Assembly (NCBI GenBank): GCA_963677595.1
Contig: OY782041.1
Location: 1,280,001-1,344,000 of the forward strand
Direction: 5' to 3'
Source of the DNA: Spirochaetia bacterium
GTDB lineage: Bacteria > Spirochaetota > Spirochaetia > CAKZLE01
Length of the DNA: 64,000 nucleotides
In this document: positions 48,695 to 59,747 of the stretch, in pieces
Layout of the letters: the number at the start of each line of letters is the position of its first letter
Numbering within the stretch: position 1 is the first letter of the stretch
Notes under the pieces: model-generated
Database searches by the model: none
Told to the model about the DNA's origin: nothing
What the model saw: the letters and a program-made list of their open reading frames with translations, nothing else
Made by a program: the position numbers and the translations under genes

Positions 48695-49645
48695 ATGGGT
48701 GCTACAGACATCACGAGCCGTATACAGGATATGATCAGCTCTTTTGACCCGTCCATCGAGGCGGAAGCGGCAGTCTCGTCGTTCAGGGGAACGATACAGA
48801 GACTCGAGACTGACTACCGGGACCTGATCATCCTGAGCCAGCAGCGGGAACGGTACAACCCCTCCTGGGCCTTCTCCCATGCCCATGCGAAGCTCAAGCA
48901 CGAACTCTCCCACATCTTCACCCGCCGGGTGAAGGACCAGATCCTCAAACAGGCCGGGACCCACCGGAACCGCGACCGCCAGGATGTCATCCTGAAGAAG
49001 TTCTCCGTCATCGAGGAGAACCTCACGGTGAAGATCCAGAAGGCAGGCACCTACTCGAAGGCGTTCAGGACGACCGCCTTCCTGATCTCGTCGGCGGAGC
49101 TCCTGCTCTCCCTGTCCATTGTCATCCTCGTCACACAGCTCTCACAGCTCTTCAGCAGTGCCGTGACGATCTCCCTGCCCCAGCTCAGTATCATCTTCAT
49201 CGGCGTATTCGGCCTCATGCGGCTGCTGCTCGAGAAGGGGAAGAGCCGGTTCCTCAACAGCTGGCGATGGAACATGTATGTCGATACCATCGATACGGCC
49301 TACCACGGGCTGGTCATCATGATGGCCACGACCTGCCTGCTCGCTTATTACATGAAGCGGGGCACCTTCCTCGAGGATATCGACGACCTGCTGGAGAAGA
49401 GCCTGGACGAGCTCTCCAGAAAGGTGACCCGTGAAGAAAGAAAGAGACGGAAGGCCGCCCACCTTGTCGCACGGAAGCGGATGGAGACCACCGAGCGGAT
49501 CAGCCTCCTGACCCAGCGGCTCGATACCGAGACGGTACACTCGATCATGGGGCTCGATGTCCAGGAGGAACCTGTTGAGAAGAAGCCCCTGCCCTCCTAC
49601 CGTGAACTCTTCGGCAGGCTGCGGAAACAGTTCTCCCGCAAGTAA
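48695..49645 (+). CDS. Hypothetical membrane protein
   Basis: ORF of about 316 aa with 2-3 hydrophobic segments; TTGTAA-N17-TACTAT-N6-ATG(48695). Confidence 0.6.
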   Translation: MGATDITSRIQDMISSFDPSIEAEAAVSSFRGTIQRLETDYRDLIILSQQRERYNPSWAFSHAHAKLKHELSHIFTRRVKDQILKQAGTHRNRDRQDVILKKFSVIEENLTVKIQKAGTYSKAFRTTAFLISSAELLLSLSIVILVTQLSQLFSSAVTISLPQLSIIFIGVFGLMRLLLEKGKSRFLNSWRWNMYVDTIDTAYHGLVIMMATTCLLAYYMKRGTFLEDIDDLLEKSLDELSRKVTREERKRRKAAHLVARKRMETTERISLLTQRLDTETVHSIMGLDVQEEPVEKKPLPSYRELFGRLRKQFSRK

Positions 49646-49742
49646 CTATTTGGGGTTTCTCTTGTCTTTAGTGGTGACAATCTACCCGAAAAGGGGTATA
49701 TTGGATATGCGATTGTAATGATTACAACCGCAAGAGGGCTAT

Positions 49743-51212
49743 ATGTGTAAAAAAAGTATGACGAATCCGCTGCTGCTGGTCATCGCAGTCATGATGATCC
49801 TCCTGATAACCTCCTGTACCTTCCAGGAAGTGGACTTCGAGGATCAGGACCTGTCGTTCCTCCTTGCCGTGAACAAGGGCCTGACGATGGTCGCGACGAA
49901 CATCGCAGTAGACGCTGACATTACGACAGATAGGAGTTCCAGGACGATAAATCTTTCCGATAATGACTATGAGAGCGATTCTGATACGTATGACGTTTTA
50001 GGAACTATGACTCCAGCTGAAGCTTATGATGAATATCTGAACAGCCAAACGGGCTATGCAGAGGTCCCGGACAAAGAGAGCGACAACAACCGTAAATATA
50101 TTGAATACTTCTATGATGATGAGGCCCTGGAAGGGTACTTCCGCCTCAAGGAGAATGTGACCTATCCCGATTACTACACGGTTGAACTCTACATCTATGA
50201 CCGTTCCAACCTCTACCTTGACTACGAGTATGAGGAGTACCTTGTCGGGAAGGATGATGCCACCTGGGCGTATCTCAGCGCCCCCGCGACTTCCGGCCTG
50301 ATCACGCTGGAGACCCACAACTATGACGGGTCAGTCGTAGAACGGGATATCATCGAGTCCGGCGGTGCAGGGAACGTCTATGACATCGCAGTACCTGCGA
50401 TCACGAGTGCGAACTATACGTTCGACTACGCTGACGACTGGGCGAGTGCACCAGACCCGACCCTTGATGCAGCTGACATCAGCCCCTCACGCGACCTTGC
50501 TGGTGACTTCTATGTGAAGACCTACGGGACCGGCTCTGGGTTCGAGGTCATTTCCTACTATGCGGAGACCAATGACAAGGACAACCGGGGTGCGGTCACC
50601 TACATCATTCAGCCGGAAGATGGCAATGGGAACTACGTGAATACGGTCACCCGCTCAGCCTCGGTCTACGATGCTGACGGCCTGAGTTCACGGACCATCA
50701 AGTCCCTGCAGGCCACGACCTGGGGGAACAGTGATCCCGATACCCTCGACACCCAGGAGATCACGATCGAACCGCAGGATACCGATGACAAGCTGCTCCA
50801 CTACTACCAGGTCGACAAGACCTACTCGGGCTCCCTCGATACTGAGCCGACCTACTATACCATCATGGATATCTCCGAGCAGAACGAGAAGAAGTACTCC
50901 GGTACCTACCAGGTGCTCTGGCCTGATGTGATAGACAACTATACGGTCAAGTATGAAGCGGGTGAGTTCACGATGAAGAAAAAGAAGAGCACGAGCCGCT
51001 CGATCTATGATGAACTGACTGTGAACCTCCAGGGCCTGGAAGGAGACGGCGCGATCACGATCGCCCTCCCGGGAGGCGGGTGGTTCGACGGTACCTTCGT
51101 AGGCGGTGTGATGTCAGGCAGCTATACTTCTGGAGCCGGTGTTGAACAAGCCATCATCGTCAGGTCCGGGTACATCCTGCTCGGTGAAGACCGGACGGTC
51201 TGGTATTACTGA
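49743..51212 (+). CDS. Hypothetical acidic surface lipoprotein
   Basis: Lipobox LITS-C; rich in Asp, Tyr and Thr. Confidence 0.7.
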   Translation: MCKKSMTNPLLLVIAVMMILLITSCTFQEVDFEDQDLSFLLAVNKGLTMVATNIAVDADITTDRSSRTINLSDNDYESDSDTYDVLGTMTPAEAYDEYLNSQTGYAEVPDKESDNNRKYIEYFYDDEALEGYFRLKENVTYPDYYTVELYIYDRSNLYLDYEYEEYLVGKDDATWAYLSAPATSGLITLETHNYDGSVVERDIIESGGAGNVYDIAVPAITSANYTFDYADDWASAPDPTLDAADISPSRDLAGDFYVKTYGTGSGFEVISYYAETNDKDNRGAVTYIIQPEDGNGNYVNTVTRSASVYDADGLSSRTIKSLQATTWGNSDPDTLDTQEITIEPQDTDDKLLHYYQVDKTYSGSLDTEPTYYTIMDISEQNEKKYSGTYQVLWPDVIDNYTVKYEAGEFTMKKKKSTSRSIYDELTVNLQGLEGDGAITIALPGGGWFDGTFVGGVMSGSYTSGAGVEQAIIVRSGYILLGEDRTVWYY

Positions 51213-51775
51213 CCTGTCCCCGACAGGTACTGCATGATACGGTCCTGAGTCTTCAGGAACTGTATGGAGAGCTGCAGGGAGAGGTCCCTGCGCTCATCTG
51301 CTTCCTTCCCATCCCAGGCTGGCAGGGCCTCCCCTGCAGTCTCATGCCCGCCCCTTCCCGGAACGGCATAGAGCGAGATGTTCCCACTGAGCTGTTTCAT
51401 CCTGATGAGTTCCTCTACTGCAGCAGCCTGTTCCTCATACCCGAGTTCTATGAGCCCGGTAGAGAACCCGATCTCCTGCAGGAGGTGCAGTATCTGCCCC
51501 AGGGACGAGATGACCCGCTTGCGCTGCTTCAGCTGGGATGCATCAGCCATCTTCAGCAGCAGTTCCTGCAGGGAGAGGGAGATGAGTTCCCTGCTCTCGG
51601 GCTCCTCTGCATAGGGCAGCTTCAGGGCGAAGAGTTCCGGGTTCCTCCCCTGTCGACCGAATCCCCCCGAGAATGAGGAGGATCGTTCGATGCGCTTCAC
51701 CACAGGGTCAGGAAGGTCGGGATAGACCTGCTGTAATGCTATTCTCGTGATCGAGCGATGGTCTTGACGCTGCAT
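51206..51775 (-). CDS. Hypothetical protein with weak resemblance to zinc-dependent phospholipase C/HET-C-type helical motifs
   Basis: H..IT..AL near the N-terminus and LG..LH.LQE; co-oriented with the dtxR/feoB genes. Confidence 0.5.
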   Translation of the reverse strand: MQRQDHRSITRIALQQVYPDLPDPVVKRIERSSSFSGGFGRQGRNPELFALKLPYAEEPESRELISLSLQELLLKMADASQLKQRKRVISSLGQILHLLQEIGFSTGLIELGYEEQAAAVEELIRMKQLSGNISLYAVPGRGGHETAGEALPAWDGKEADERRDLSLQLSIQFLKTQDRIMQYLSGTGQ

Positions 51776-51783
51776 ACCTCTAC

Positions 51784-52596
51784 CTACTGCCCATCCTTCC
51801 TGAACCGCCAGCCCCGGTGCTTCCTGGGAAAACGACGGCCTTCCCTGCCGATCTCCGGTCCGCAGTCGTAGTGGTCCCTCCCATGGCGCGGCCCGCGTGG
51901 ATGCCCATGTCTATGGGATATCTCATGGTACCGGTCTGCCGTCAGCCGCCAGACATAGATGGAGGAGGCAACCTCCTCATCGATGGCTATCGTGGAGCCG
52001 TCGCACTCGATGACGATCGACGGGGAGACCTGGTGCACCTTCAGGACCGTACCCGGCCTGATCTGCAGATTGTCAAGGAGATGCAGCTGGTGGTCGTTGT
52101 CCGCATTAACGGCGACCACCCTGCCCGACTCCTCGGGCTGGAGTTCCAGCAGCGAGACAGAGGGGCTCCTGATCGTCTTCTGCTCTGCCCTGCAGCAGGC
52201 TCCCTCCGGGATGGGCAGCCCGTCAGGGCATCTCCGGGGATGCCCGAGGAGTGTGCAGATCCCGTCGATGAGGTCCGTATCGAGGATGTGCTCGAACTCG
52301 CAGGCAGCGATCTCGTAATCCTCGATCCGCAGGACATCATAGAGCAGCCGTTCGGCGAGGCGATGGGCACGGATCAGGAGCCTCCCCCGTTCGTTCCCCT
52401 TCTCCGTGTAGGTGATCTCCTGGGTATCGGCATCGATGACAGCCAGATCCTGGGAGATAAGCTGGTCAGCAACCGACTGGTCATACTCCTCGTTGAAGTA
52501 CTCCTTCAGCAGCGGGACGGTACAGGTCCCCTTCTCCGTGAGGATCCAGACTGCCTCGATATACTCATCAACGATCTTAGTCTCTTTCGTAGCCAT
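51784..52596 (-). CDS. DtxR/MntR family metal-dependent regulator with C-terminal FeoA domain
   Basis: EY.E, R.HRLAE, ACEFEH, LGHP..CP.G.PIP; FeoA-like L..L.I.PG. Confidence 0.88.
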   Translation of the reverse strand: MATKETKIVDEYIEAVWILTEKGTCTVPLLKEYFNEEYDQSVADQLISQDLAVIDADTQEITYTEKGNERGRLLIRAHRLAERLLYDVLRIEDYEIAACEFEHILDTDLIDGICTLLGHPRRCPDGLPIPEGACCRAEQKTIRSPSVSLLELQPEESGRVVAVNADNDHQLHLLDNLQIRPGTVLKVHQVSPSIVIECDGSTIAIDEEVASSIYVWRLTADRYHEISHRHGHPRGPRHGRDHYDCGPEIGREGRRFPRKHRGWRFRKDGQ

Positions 52597-52611
52597 AGAT
52601 GATCACCCCTC

Positions 52612-54570
52612 CTAGAATATTCCCTCTATCTGTGTCAACAGCAGGTTCAGCACCCCTGCCAATGCGATGGTCGATATATTGATCCCGATGAGCATCAGGA
52701 TGCCTGCCTTGGCACCGGCTTCCTTGAACATCGCCACGATGTTGGCGAAACAGGGGACGAACATCGTCGTGACGACGACTGCGATGATGCTCTGGACCGG
52801 GGAGAGCATCCCGGAATCGGACAGCCGCAGGATCAGGCCTGCCGCTGCCTCCTCCCGTGCGATCAGGAGGATCAGCGCCTCCACCATCTGGATCGGCAGC
52901 CCGAGCCAACCGACGACCAGGGGCTCCAGGAAGGTCTTCAAGATATCGAGGAGGCCGATGAGGTCGATGAAGAAGATGATCGCCGAGGCGAGGATGAATA
53001 CCGGGATCGCCTCCTTCAGGAACCACAGCAGGCGGTAGCCGGTCTTCTTGAGGACGGCATCAACCATCGGGATCCTGAACGGGGGGAGCTCCTGGATGAA
53101 GAACTGGTTCCCGTCACTGGTGATGACCCGATTGAGGATCTTGCCGGCAAGCACCTCCACGAGGACGAGGAAGACCAGGGCGATGATGAAGGGCAGGACC
53201 CCTGCCCTCCCGAGGATCGCGATGTTCAGCGCGAGCTGGGCCGAACAGGGGATCGCGAAGGCGATCAGGTAGATCGCTATCAGCCGCTCCTTGCGCGACT
53301 TCAGGCTCCGCGTCGTCAGGGTAGCCATCGTCTTGCAGCCGAACCCCAGGATGATCGGCATGACTGCCCTCCCTGAGAGCCCCACCTTGGTGAACGACCG
53401 TCTCAGCAGGACCGAGAGGTTGGGGAGGTACCCGATGTCCTCGAGGAACCCGAAGAGGAAGAAGAAGACCGACAGGATGGGGAGGATCGTGCAGATCGCG
53501 TTGAAGAGCCCGAGGGTGAGGATACCGAAATCCCCGATGAGGAAGTCATGGAGGATCGGTATCGTGATGACCGAGTCCAGGGCATGGACGATCGGTTCGG
53601 TGATGTAGGTCTCCATGAGGCCGGCAAGCCAGCCGGCGAACACCACGACACCGAGATAGGAGAGTGCTATGAACACCAGCAGGAAGCCGAACCCGATCAC
53701 CGGGTGGCGGCTGTAGTAGCCCAGTCTCGAAGCAAGGCCGGTATCCTTCTGTGCGCTCCTGCTGGTGACCACCTTGTCATAGAGGTCATCGGTCCACTTG
53801 CCGAGCTGGCGGTTCATGATGGTGTTCACATCACCCTTGAAGGTGGCGAGCATGGCTGATACGGAGGAAGACACCTCCTTCGCGGTACCCTCAGGGACCT
53901 CGAGGCCGTCTTTCTCACCGAACTCGATCCTCTCGAGTTCCACATCCCCCGACAACGCCATCGAGACGACATGCTCCTTGTACGGCATCGTCTCAGGGAG
54001 TACGGCAGAGAGTCTCTTGGAGAGCCTTGTGATCTCATCGGTGAAGGGGCTCCCCGAACGGGAGACACGTGCCAGGGTGACCGCCTCGCGGAGGTCATAC
54101 ATCCCCGAACCCACATGGGCTGCCGTTTCGATGACCGGGATACCAAGCAGGTTTGACAGCCGGTTCGTATCGATCCTTACCCCCCGCTTCGCCGTCTCGT
54201 CGATGACGTTCAGGCTGAGCACCATGGGGAGTCCGTAGCCAAGCAGCTCTGCCGTCAGCTTCAGCGACTGTCTCAGCCGGTTGGCGTCGATGCACTGCAG
54301 GATGAGGTCCGGCTGCTCATCGACCATCGCCCGACGGAAGATCAGGGCTTCGGAGGAGTCGGCATGCAGGGTATTGATCCCGGGCGTGTCGATCAGCTCC
54401 CAGGTGGTGTTCCTGAAGCTGAAGGTCGCCGCCTCTTCCTTCAGGGTGGTCATGGGATAGTTCGCCACGACCCCGTAGGAGCCGGTCAGGTTGTTGAATA
54501 TCTGGGTCTTGCCTGAATTGGCAAGCCCTGCAAGCATGATCTTCTTCGTCTCATGAGTCTGCTTCGTCAT
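52612..54570 (-). CDS. feoB: Ferrous iron transporter B
   Basis: G.ANSGKT, VANYP..T, DTPG, LEDIGYLP, GFGC, IPCSAQ, ELPP.R.P, PC; start moved to ATG 54570. Confidence 0.93.
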   Translation of the reverse strand: MTKQTHETKKIMLAGLANSGKTQIFNNLTGSYGVVANYPMTTLKEEAATFSFRNTTWELIDTPGINTLHADSSEALIFRRAMVDEQPDLILQCIDANRLRQSLKLTAELLGYGLPMVLSLNVIDETAKRGVRIDTNRLSNLLGIPVIETAAHVGSGMYDLREAVTLARVSRSGSPFTDEITRLSKRLSAVLPETMPYKEHVVSMALSGDVELERIEFGEKDGLEVPEGTAKEVSSSVSAMLATFKGDVNTIMNRQLGKWTDDLYDKVVTSRSAQKDTGLASRLGYYSRHPVIGFGFLLVFIALSYLGVVVFAGWLAGLMETYITEPIVHALDSVITIPILHDFLIGDFGILTLGLFNAICTILPILSVFFFLFGFLEDIGYLPNLSVLLRRSFTKVGLSGRAVMPIILGFGCKTMATLTTRSLKSRKERLIAIYLIAFAIPCSAQLALNIAILGRAGVLPFIIALVFLVLVEVLAGKILNRVITSDGNQFFIQELPPFRIPMVDAVLKKTGYRLLWFLKEAIPVFILASAIIFFIDLIGLLDILKTFLEPLVVGWLGLPIQMVEALILLIAREEAAAGLILRLSDSGMLSPVQSIIAVVVTTMFVPCFANIVAMFKEAGAKAGILMLIGINISTIALAGVLNLLLTQIEGIF

Positions 54571-54634
54571 ACTTGAACAGTAATTGTTCTTGCCCCGATA
54601 GTCAACGTTTCGCGACCCGTTGGTGATAAATAAA

Positions 54635-54648
54635 TTAGAAATACCTAA
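54635..54648. promoter_or_regulatory. Possible DtxR/MntR-type box upstream of feoB
   Basis: TTAG-AAATAC-CTAA imperfect palindrome in an AT-rich intergenic region. Confidence 0.35.
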
Positions 54649-54833
54649 CAATCTGAAGCTGTATGAACATCTTGCCGTGATTTTATCGATTAAAGTAAAA
54701 TCATACACCTTGAAAGGTTGCAGTATAATCGATATAGTTAGCCTGAGCGATTTTGCGTCCAAGACCGATCCCCGGGCAACCCCGAAACTGCCTCCGGTAT
54801 GAGGACGCTATTATATGTCGTAAGGAGCACACA

Positions 54834-55064
54834 GTGTCGTTATTAGAGCAAGGCTTAGTCCTTATGGTAATAGGTATGTCTGTAGTATTCAGCTTCCTTG
54901 TTATCCTGGTCTTCGTTACGAAGCTACTATCCGCAATTGTCAAACGGTTCTTCCCGGAAAAGGAAGCACCTGTCAAGGCAAAGGCCCCCCGTATCATTGG
55001 CGGTTCAGCTGATGCTGAAATAGCCCTCGCAATTGCTGCAGCTGCAGCACAATCAGAACGTTAA
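54834..55064 (+). CDS. oadG: Na+-translocating decarboxylase gamma subunit
   Basis: GL.LM.IGM.VVF.FL TM segment, Ala/Pro linker, IALAIAAA; GTG start after AAGGAG. Confidence 0.88.
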   Translation: MSLLEQGLVLMVIGMSVVFSFLVILVFVTKLLSAIVKRFFPEKEAPVKAKAPRIIGGSADAEIALAIAAAAAQSER

Positions 55065-55085
55065 GTTCAAGATCAAGGAGTTCTC

Positions 55086-56894
55086 ATGAAAAAACGTGTA
55101 AACTTTATGTGCACAGCTTTCCGGGACGGGTTCCAGTCCGTCTATGGAGCAAGAGTCTTTACCAAAGACTTCATGCCGGCTGTAGAAGCAGCTGCTGCTG
55201 CAGGTATCGACCATTTCGAGGCTGGCGGCGGCGCCCGATTCCAGTCCCTCTATTTCTATTCGAATGAAGATGCATTCGAGATGATGGATGAGTTCAGGAA
55301 GACCGCTGGTCCTGATGCCAACCTCCAGACCCTCGCACGAGGCGTCAATGTCGTAGGTCTCGACTCACAGCCGAGAGACGTCATCAATCTCCATGCGAAG
55401 ATGTTCAAGAAACACGGGATCACGACCATCCGAAACTTCGACGCACTCAACGATGTCAACAACCTGATCTACTCAGGGCAGTGCATCCATGATGCAGGCC
55501 TCAAGCACGAAGTCGTCGTCACCATGATGGCACTTCCCCCAGGGGCTAAAGGGGCACATGATCCTGACTTCTACGAGGGAGTCCTCAAGAAGATCCTCGA
55601 TGCCGGTATCCCCTATGACTCAGTATGTTTCAAGGATGCGTCAGGTACCACCACCCCGAGGATCGTCTACGAGACGATCAAGAGGGCTCGCAAGCTCCTC
55701 GGAAAGGACATGAACCTCGTATTCCATTCACATGAGACTGCCGGTGTATCGATCCAACAGTATATGTCAGCGATCGAGGCCGGTGCGAACCAGGTGGACC
55801 TCTCCATGTCCCCCGCTTCAGGCGGAACCTGCCAGCCCGACATCATCACCATGTGGCATGCCCTGCGAAACACTGATTACGACCTCGGCATCGATATCGA
55901 CAAGATCATGGAAGCAGAGGAAGTCTTCAAGGACTGCATGAAGGACTACTTCCTGCCGCCAGAGGCGACCATGGTCAACCCGCTGATCCCCTTCTCACCG
56001 CTCCCGGGTGGTGCGCTTACCGCGAACACCCAGATGCTCAGGGACAACGACCTGATGGACCGGTACCATGAGATCACCATGGCAATGGGAGAGGTCGTGG
56101 ACCGAGGAGGGTTCGCTACTTCCGTGACCCCTGTCTCACAGTTCTACTTCCAGCAGGCATTCAACAACGTCATGTTCGGGCCCTGGAAGAAGATCGCTGA
56201 AGGCTACGGCAAGATGGTCCTCGGCTACTTCGGGAAGACCCCGGTCGAGCCGGACCCGGAGATTGTCAAGATCGCTGCTGAACAGCTGAAGCTCGAAGCT
56301 ACCGACAAGCTCGTCGTCGACATCAACGATGCTGACCCCACCAAGGGTATCGGGCCTGCTACCGAACTGCTCAAGAAGGAGAACCTCCCGACAACAGACG
56401 AGAACATCTTCATCGCCGCAGCATGTAAGGAGAAGGGTATCCAGTTCCTCAAGGGCGAGGCACGGATCGGTGTCAGGAAGATCGACCCCAATGCGAAGGC
56501 AGAGGCTCCCGCAGCGGCTGCACCTTCAGCTGACGGCTACACGGTCACCATCAACAACAAGAACTACTCCGTGAAATTCGACGGTGGTAAGGCTGTCGTG
56601 AACGGCACATCCTATGACTATGCGGTCAAGGCTGGTATGGAAGAAGGTGCTTCAGCAGCACCTGCAGCAGCTGCCGGCCCCGGGACCGAGGTCAAGGCAC
56701 CGATGCCAGGCCTCATCCTCAGGATCGAGAGCCAGGTCGGTGAAGAGGTCGCTGACGGTGATCTGCTCCTCGTCATGGAAGCCATGAAGATGGAGACTGA
56801 GATCTTTGCACCCTGTGCAGGTACGATCCGGGAAATCAAGGTCACCCAGGGTGACCAGAAGAAAGCCGGGGATGTACTGGTAGTCATCGGCTAA
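55086..56894 (+). CDS. oadA: Oxaloacetate decarboxylase alpha subunit (carboxyltransferase + biotinyl domain)
   Basis: FRDGFQS, FDALND, KDASG, HSH, VTPVSQ, EAMKM. Confidence 0.92.
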   Translation: MKKRVNFMCTAFRDGFQSVYGARVFTKDFMPAVEAAAAAGIDHFEAGGGARFQSLYFYSNEDAFEMMDEFRKTAGPDANLQTLARGVNVVGLDSQPRDVINLHAKMFKKHGITTIRNFDALNDVNNLIYSGQCIHDAGLKHEVVVTMMALPPGAKGAHDPDFYEGVLKKILDAGIPYDSVCFKDASGTTTPRIVYETIKRARKLLGKDMNLVFHSHETAGVSIQQYMSAIEAGANQVDLSMSPASGGTCQPDIITMWHALRNTDYDLGIDIDKIMEAEEVFKDCMKDYFLPPEATMVNPLIPFSPLPGGALTANTQMLRDNDLMDRYHEITMAMGEVVDRGGFATSVTPVSQFYFQQAFNNVMFGPWKKIAEGYGKMVLGYFGKTPVEPDPEIVKIAAEQLKLEATDKLVVDINDADPTKGIGPATELLKKENLPTTDENIFIAAACKEKGIQFLKGEARIGVRKIDPNAKAEAPAAAAPSADGYTVTINNKNYSVKFDGGKAVVNGTSYDYAVKAGMEEGASAAPAAAAGPGTEVKAPMPGLILRIESQVGEEVADGDLLLVMEAMKMETEIFAPCAGTIREIKVTQGDQKKAGDVLVVIG

Positions 56895-56904
56895 AGGAGA
56901 ATTT

Positions 56905-58062
56905 ATGAATCTAGGATATGCACTTCAACAATTCTGGATGTCTACCGGTGTCATGAACATGACGTGGGGCCAGATCGTTATGATCTTAGTCGGCTTCGTT
57001 CTCCTCTATCTTGCTATCAAGAAGGGGTTCGAGCCGCTGCTCCTCATCCCAATCGGGTTCGGTGCCATCCTCTCAAATATTCCGTTAGCCGAGATTGCCA
57101 ATGCAGAGGTTGACGGGTTCATCGGGATCCTCTACCACATGGGTGTCGAGACGGGACTCTTCCCGCTGCTCATCTTCATGGGTGTAGGGGCCATGACTGA
57201 CTTCGGTCCGCTGATCGCTAACCCGAAGACGCTGCTCCTCGGGGCTGCCGCACAGTTCGGCATCTTCTGCGCCCTGCTCGGCGCACTGGCACTCAGCGGC
57301 CTCCCGTTCATCAACTTCGACCTCTTCGATGCCGGTTCTATCGGTATCATCGGAGGTGCGGACGGACCGACGGCCATCTATGTGACCAGCCGGCTGTCGC
57401 CGGACCTGCTCGGCCCGATCGCGGTAGCGGCCTATTCGTACATGGCACTCGTACCGATCATCCAGCCGCCCATCATGCGTGCCCTCACCTCCAAGGAGGA
57501 GCGGGTCATCAAGATGGAACAGCTCAGGCACGTGACCCAGCTCGAGAAGATCCTCTTCCCGATCTCAGTACTCACCGTCTGTATCATCCTGCTGCCTTCA
57601 GCCACCCCGCTCATCGGAGCCCTGATGTTCGGTAACCTGGCGAAGGAATGCGGCGTTGTGGCAAGACTCTCAGACACCATGCAGAACGCCCTGATGAACA
57701 TCGTCACCATCTTCCTCGGCCTCTCGGTCGGCTCGAAGATGCAGGCTGACAAGTTCCTCAAGGCAGAGACCCTCGGGATCCTCGCCCTCGGCCTGGTCGC
57801 ATTCTCGATCGGGACCGCAACTGGGGTCCTGCTCGCGAAACTGATGAACAAGCTCTCCAAACATCCGATCAACCCCCTCATCGGGGCAGCGGGTGTATCT
57901 GCCGTACCGATGGCCGCACGAGTGGCCAACAAGGTCGGGCAGGAGGAGAATCCGCACAACTTCCTGCTCATGCATGCGATGGGACCCAACGTTGCTGGTG
58001 TCCTTGGTTCTGCAGTAGCAGCCGGTGTACTGCTCGCTATCGTTCCCGTCATCGGCGGGTAA
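56905..58062 (+). CDS. oadB: Na+-translocating decarboxylase beta subunit
   Basis: [40 protein letters not shown]. Confidence 0.95.
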   Translation: MNLGYALQQFWMSTGVMNMTWGQIVMILVGFVLLYLAIKKGFEPLLLIPIGFGAILSNIPLAEIANAEVDGFIGILYHMGVETGLFPLLIFMGVGAMTDFGPLIANPKTLLLGAAAQFGIFCALLGALALSGLPFINFDLFDAGSIGIIGGADGPTAIYVTSRLSPDLLGPIAVAAYSYMALVPIIQPPIMRALTSKEERVIKMEQLRHVTQLEKILFPISVLTVCIILLPSATPLIGALMFGNLAKECGVVARLSDTMQNALMNIVTIFLGLSVGSKMQADKFLKAETLGILALGLVAFSIGTATGVLLAKLMNKLSKHPINPLIGAAGVSAVPMAARVANKVGQEENPHNFLLMHAMGPNVAGVLGSAVAAGVLLAIVPVIGG

Positions 58063-58120
58063 GAGGAGCCGCACGCACCTCTCTGCCTTGGATCTGATCC
58101 TCGGCAGATTCATATAGACG

Positions 58121-58158
58121 AAGGCTGTCGTGGCATACGTGCCATGACAGCCTTTTTT
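58121..58158 (+). terminator. Intrinsic terminator after oadB
   Basis: AAGGCTGTCGTGGCA-TACG-TGCCATGACAGCCTT followed by TTTT. Confidence 0.85.
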
Positions 58159-58234
58159 GCGCCCAACCCTATCAGCCGGGTTTGTATTGTTTTCATCAGT
58201 CCCACGTGCTATGCTTCAGGGAGACTGGAGGACC

Positions 58235-58768
58235 ATGATGGGAATAGAGAAACGGACTGACTACATCGGCTGGGATGAGTACTTCATGGGAGTAGCGATC
58301 CTTTCGGCAAAGAGGAGCAAGGACCCATCTACCCAGGTAGGGGCCTGCATCGTGAATGCCCAGAAGAAGATCGTGGGGACCGGCTATAACGGGTTCCCCA
58401 TCGGCTGCGATGACGACGAGCTCCCCTGGGACCGGGAAGGCGAATTCCTGGAGACGAAGTACCCCTACGTATGCCATGCAGAGCTCAACGCCATCCTCAA
58501 CAGCATCTCACGCGACCTGCACGGCTGCTCGATCTATGTCGCCCTCTTCCCCTGCAACGAATGTGCCAAGGCCATCATCCAGTCAGGTATCAGGGAGGTC
58601 GTATACCTCTCTGACAAGTATGCCGACACCGATATCGTGAAAGCATCGAAGCGGATGTTCTCCCAGGCCGGGGTCTCCCTGCGGCAGCTGGACCTCGGAG
58701 GGCGGCAGCTCATCCTGAACCTCACAGCTGAAGAAGATAAGGAGAACCACACATGCCAGACGTGTTAG
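58235..58768 (+). CDS. dCMP deaminase
   Basis: [31 protein letters not shown]; GGAGG RBS. Confidence 0.93.
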   Translation: MMGIEKRTDYIGWDEYFMGVAILSAKRSKDPSTQVGACIVNAQKKIVGTGYNGFPIGCDDDELPWDREGEFLETKYPYVCHAELNAILNSISRDLHGCSIYVALFPCNECAKAIIQSGIREVVYLSDKYADTDIVKASKRMFSQAGVSLRQLDLGGRQLILNLTAEEDKENHTCQTC

Positions 58769-59670
58769 CTGTATGCCTGAACCCGACATTCCAGAGGACC
58801 TTCGTCGTACCCCGCCTGTGGGAGAACGAGGTGAACAGGTCGAACGAGTATTACTACGACGTGGCTGGGAAAGGGCTGAATACCGCCCGGATCCTGACGC
58901 AGTTAGGGGTATCGGCGATACACCTGACCCATATTGGCGGCGAGTACGGTCAGCAGTACCTCGATTTCAACATGCGCGAGCATATACCCATCGCTGCCGT
59001 GGAGACCGACACGCAGGTCCGTACCTGCTACACGATCATCAACAACGAACAGCATACCACGACCGAGATCGTGGAGGAGGCCCTTGCGGTACCAGCGGAT
59101 ACGGAAGAACGCGTCCTGAAGAAGTTCCGGGAACTGCTCAAGTACGTGAAGATCGTCACCATCTCCGGGACCAGGTCCCCGGGGTATTCCGATGAGCTCT
59201 ACCCCACCATGGTGAAGGAGGCAAAGGAGCTTGGGAAGACGGTCATCCTCGACATCAAGGGGAAGAGCCTGCTCGACTGCATGCCCTACCATCCTGACTA
59301 TATCAATCCGAACTTCCAGGAGTTCGCATCGACCTTCCTTCCCGACCTTGAAGTGAAAGAGCATGAGGAGAATGAGAAGATCACCGGGATCATCAGGGAG
59401 CAGATGCTCACGATATTCCAGGAGTCAGGGTCGACCTGCGTGCTCACGCACGGGGCACTGCCCACACTCTTCGTCGAGGATGGGGAGATCCGCCAGTCCC
59501 CGGTGAAGCGCATCGTACCGGTCAACACGATCGGTTCCGGGGATGCCTTCACGGCAGGCTTCGCCTCGATCATCCTCCAGGGAGGAACGGTGGGGGAAGC
59601 CGTCCACAAGGGCCAGGAGTGCGGGGCACTGAACGCCCTCAGGATCCGTCCGGGAACTATCAAGGGATAG
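58753..59670 (+). CDS. PfkB family 1-phosphofructokinase/tagatose-kinase-like sugar kinase
   Basis: [22 protein letters not shown]. Confidence 0.88.
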   Translation: MPDVLAVCLNPTFQRTFVVPRLWENEVNRSNEYYYDVAGKGLNTARILTQLGVSAIHLTHIGGEYGQQYLDFNMREHIPIAAVETDTQVRTCYTIINNEQHTTTEIVEEALAVPADTEERVLKKFRELLKYVKIVTISGTRSPGYSDELYPTMVKEAKELGKTVILDIKGKSLLDCMPYHPDYINPNFQEFASTFLPDLEVKEHEENEKITGIIREQMLTIFQESGSTCVLTHGALPTLFVEDGEIRQSPVKRIVPVNTIGSGDAFTAGFASIILQGGTVGEAVHKGQECGALNALRIRPGTIKG

Positions 59671-59675
59671 GAATA

Positions 59676-59724
59676 TGGAGTTCATAACTCCAGATTTATC
59701 ATGAAATCGGAGTTGACAACTCCA
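59676..59724 (+). promoter_or_regulatory. Two palindromic sites, the second overlapping the -35 box of the ATPase gene
   Basis: TGGAGTT-CAT-AACTCCA (59676-92) and GGAGTT-GAC-AACTCC (59709-23); TTGACA(59713-18)-N17-TACCCT-N6-ATG. Confidence 0.75.
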
Positions 59725-59747
59725 ATTTTCTAATTTACCCTAGACCT

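Noticed and set aside
54571-54762. N-terminal extension of FeoB in the ORF track (similar over-extensions for purM, oadG, dCMP deaminase, HIT, ATL, pheT)
   Set aside because: The extensions cover promoter or intergenic DNA; downstream starts fit the RBS or promoter spacing and the family lengths.
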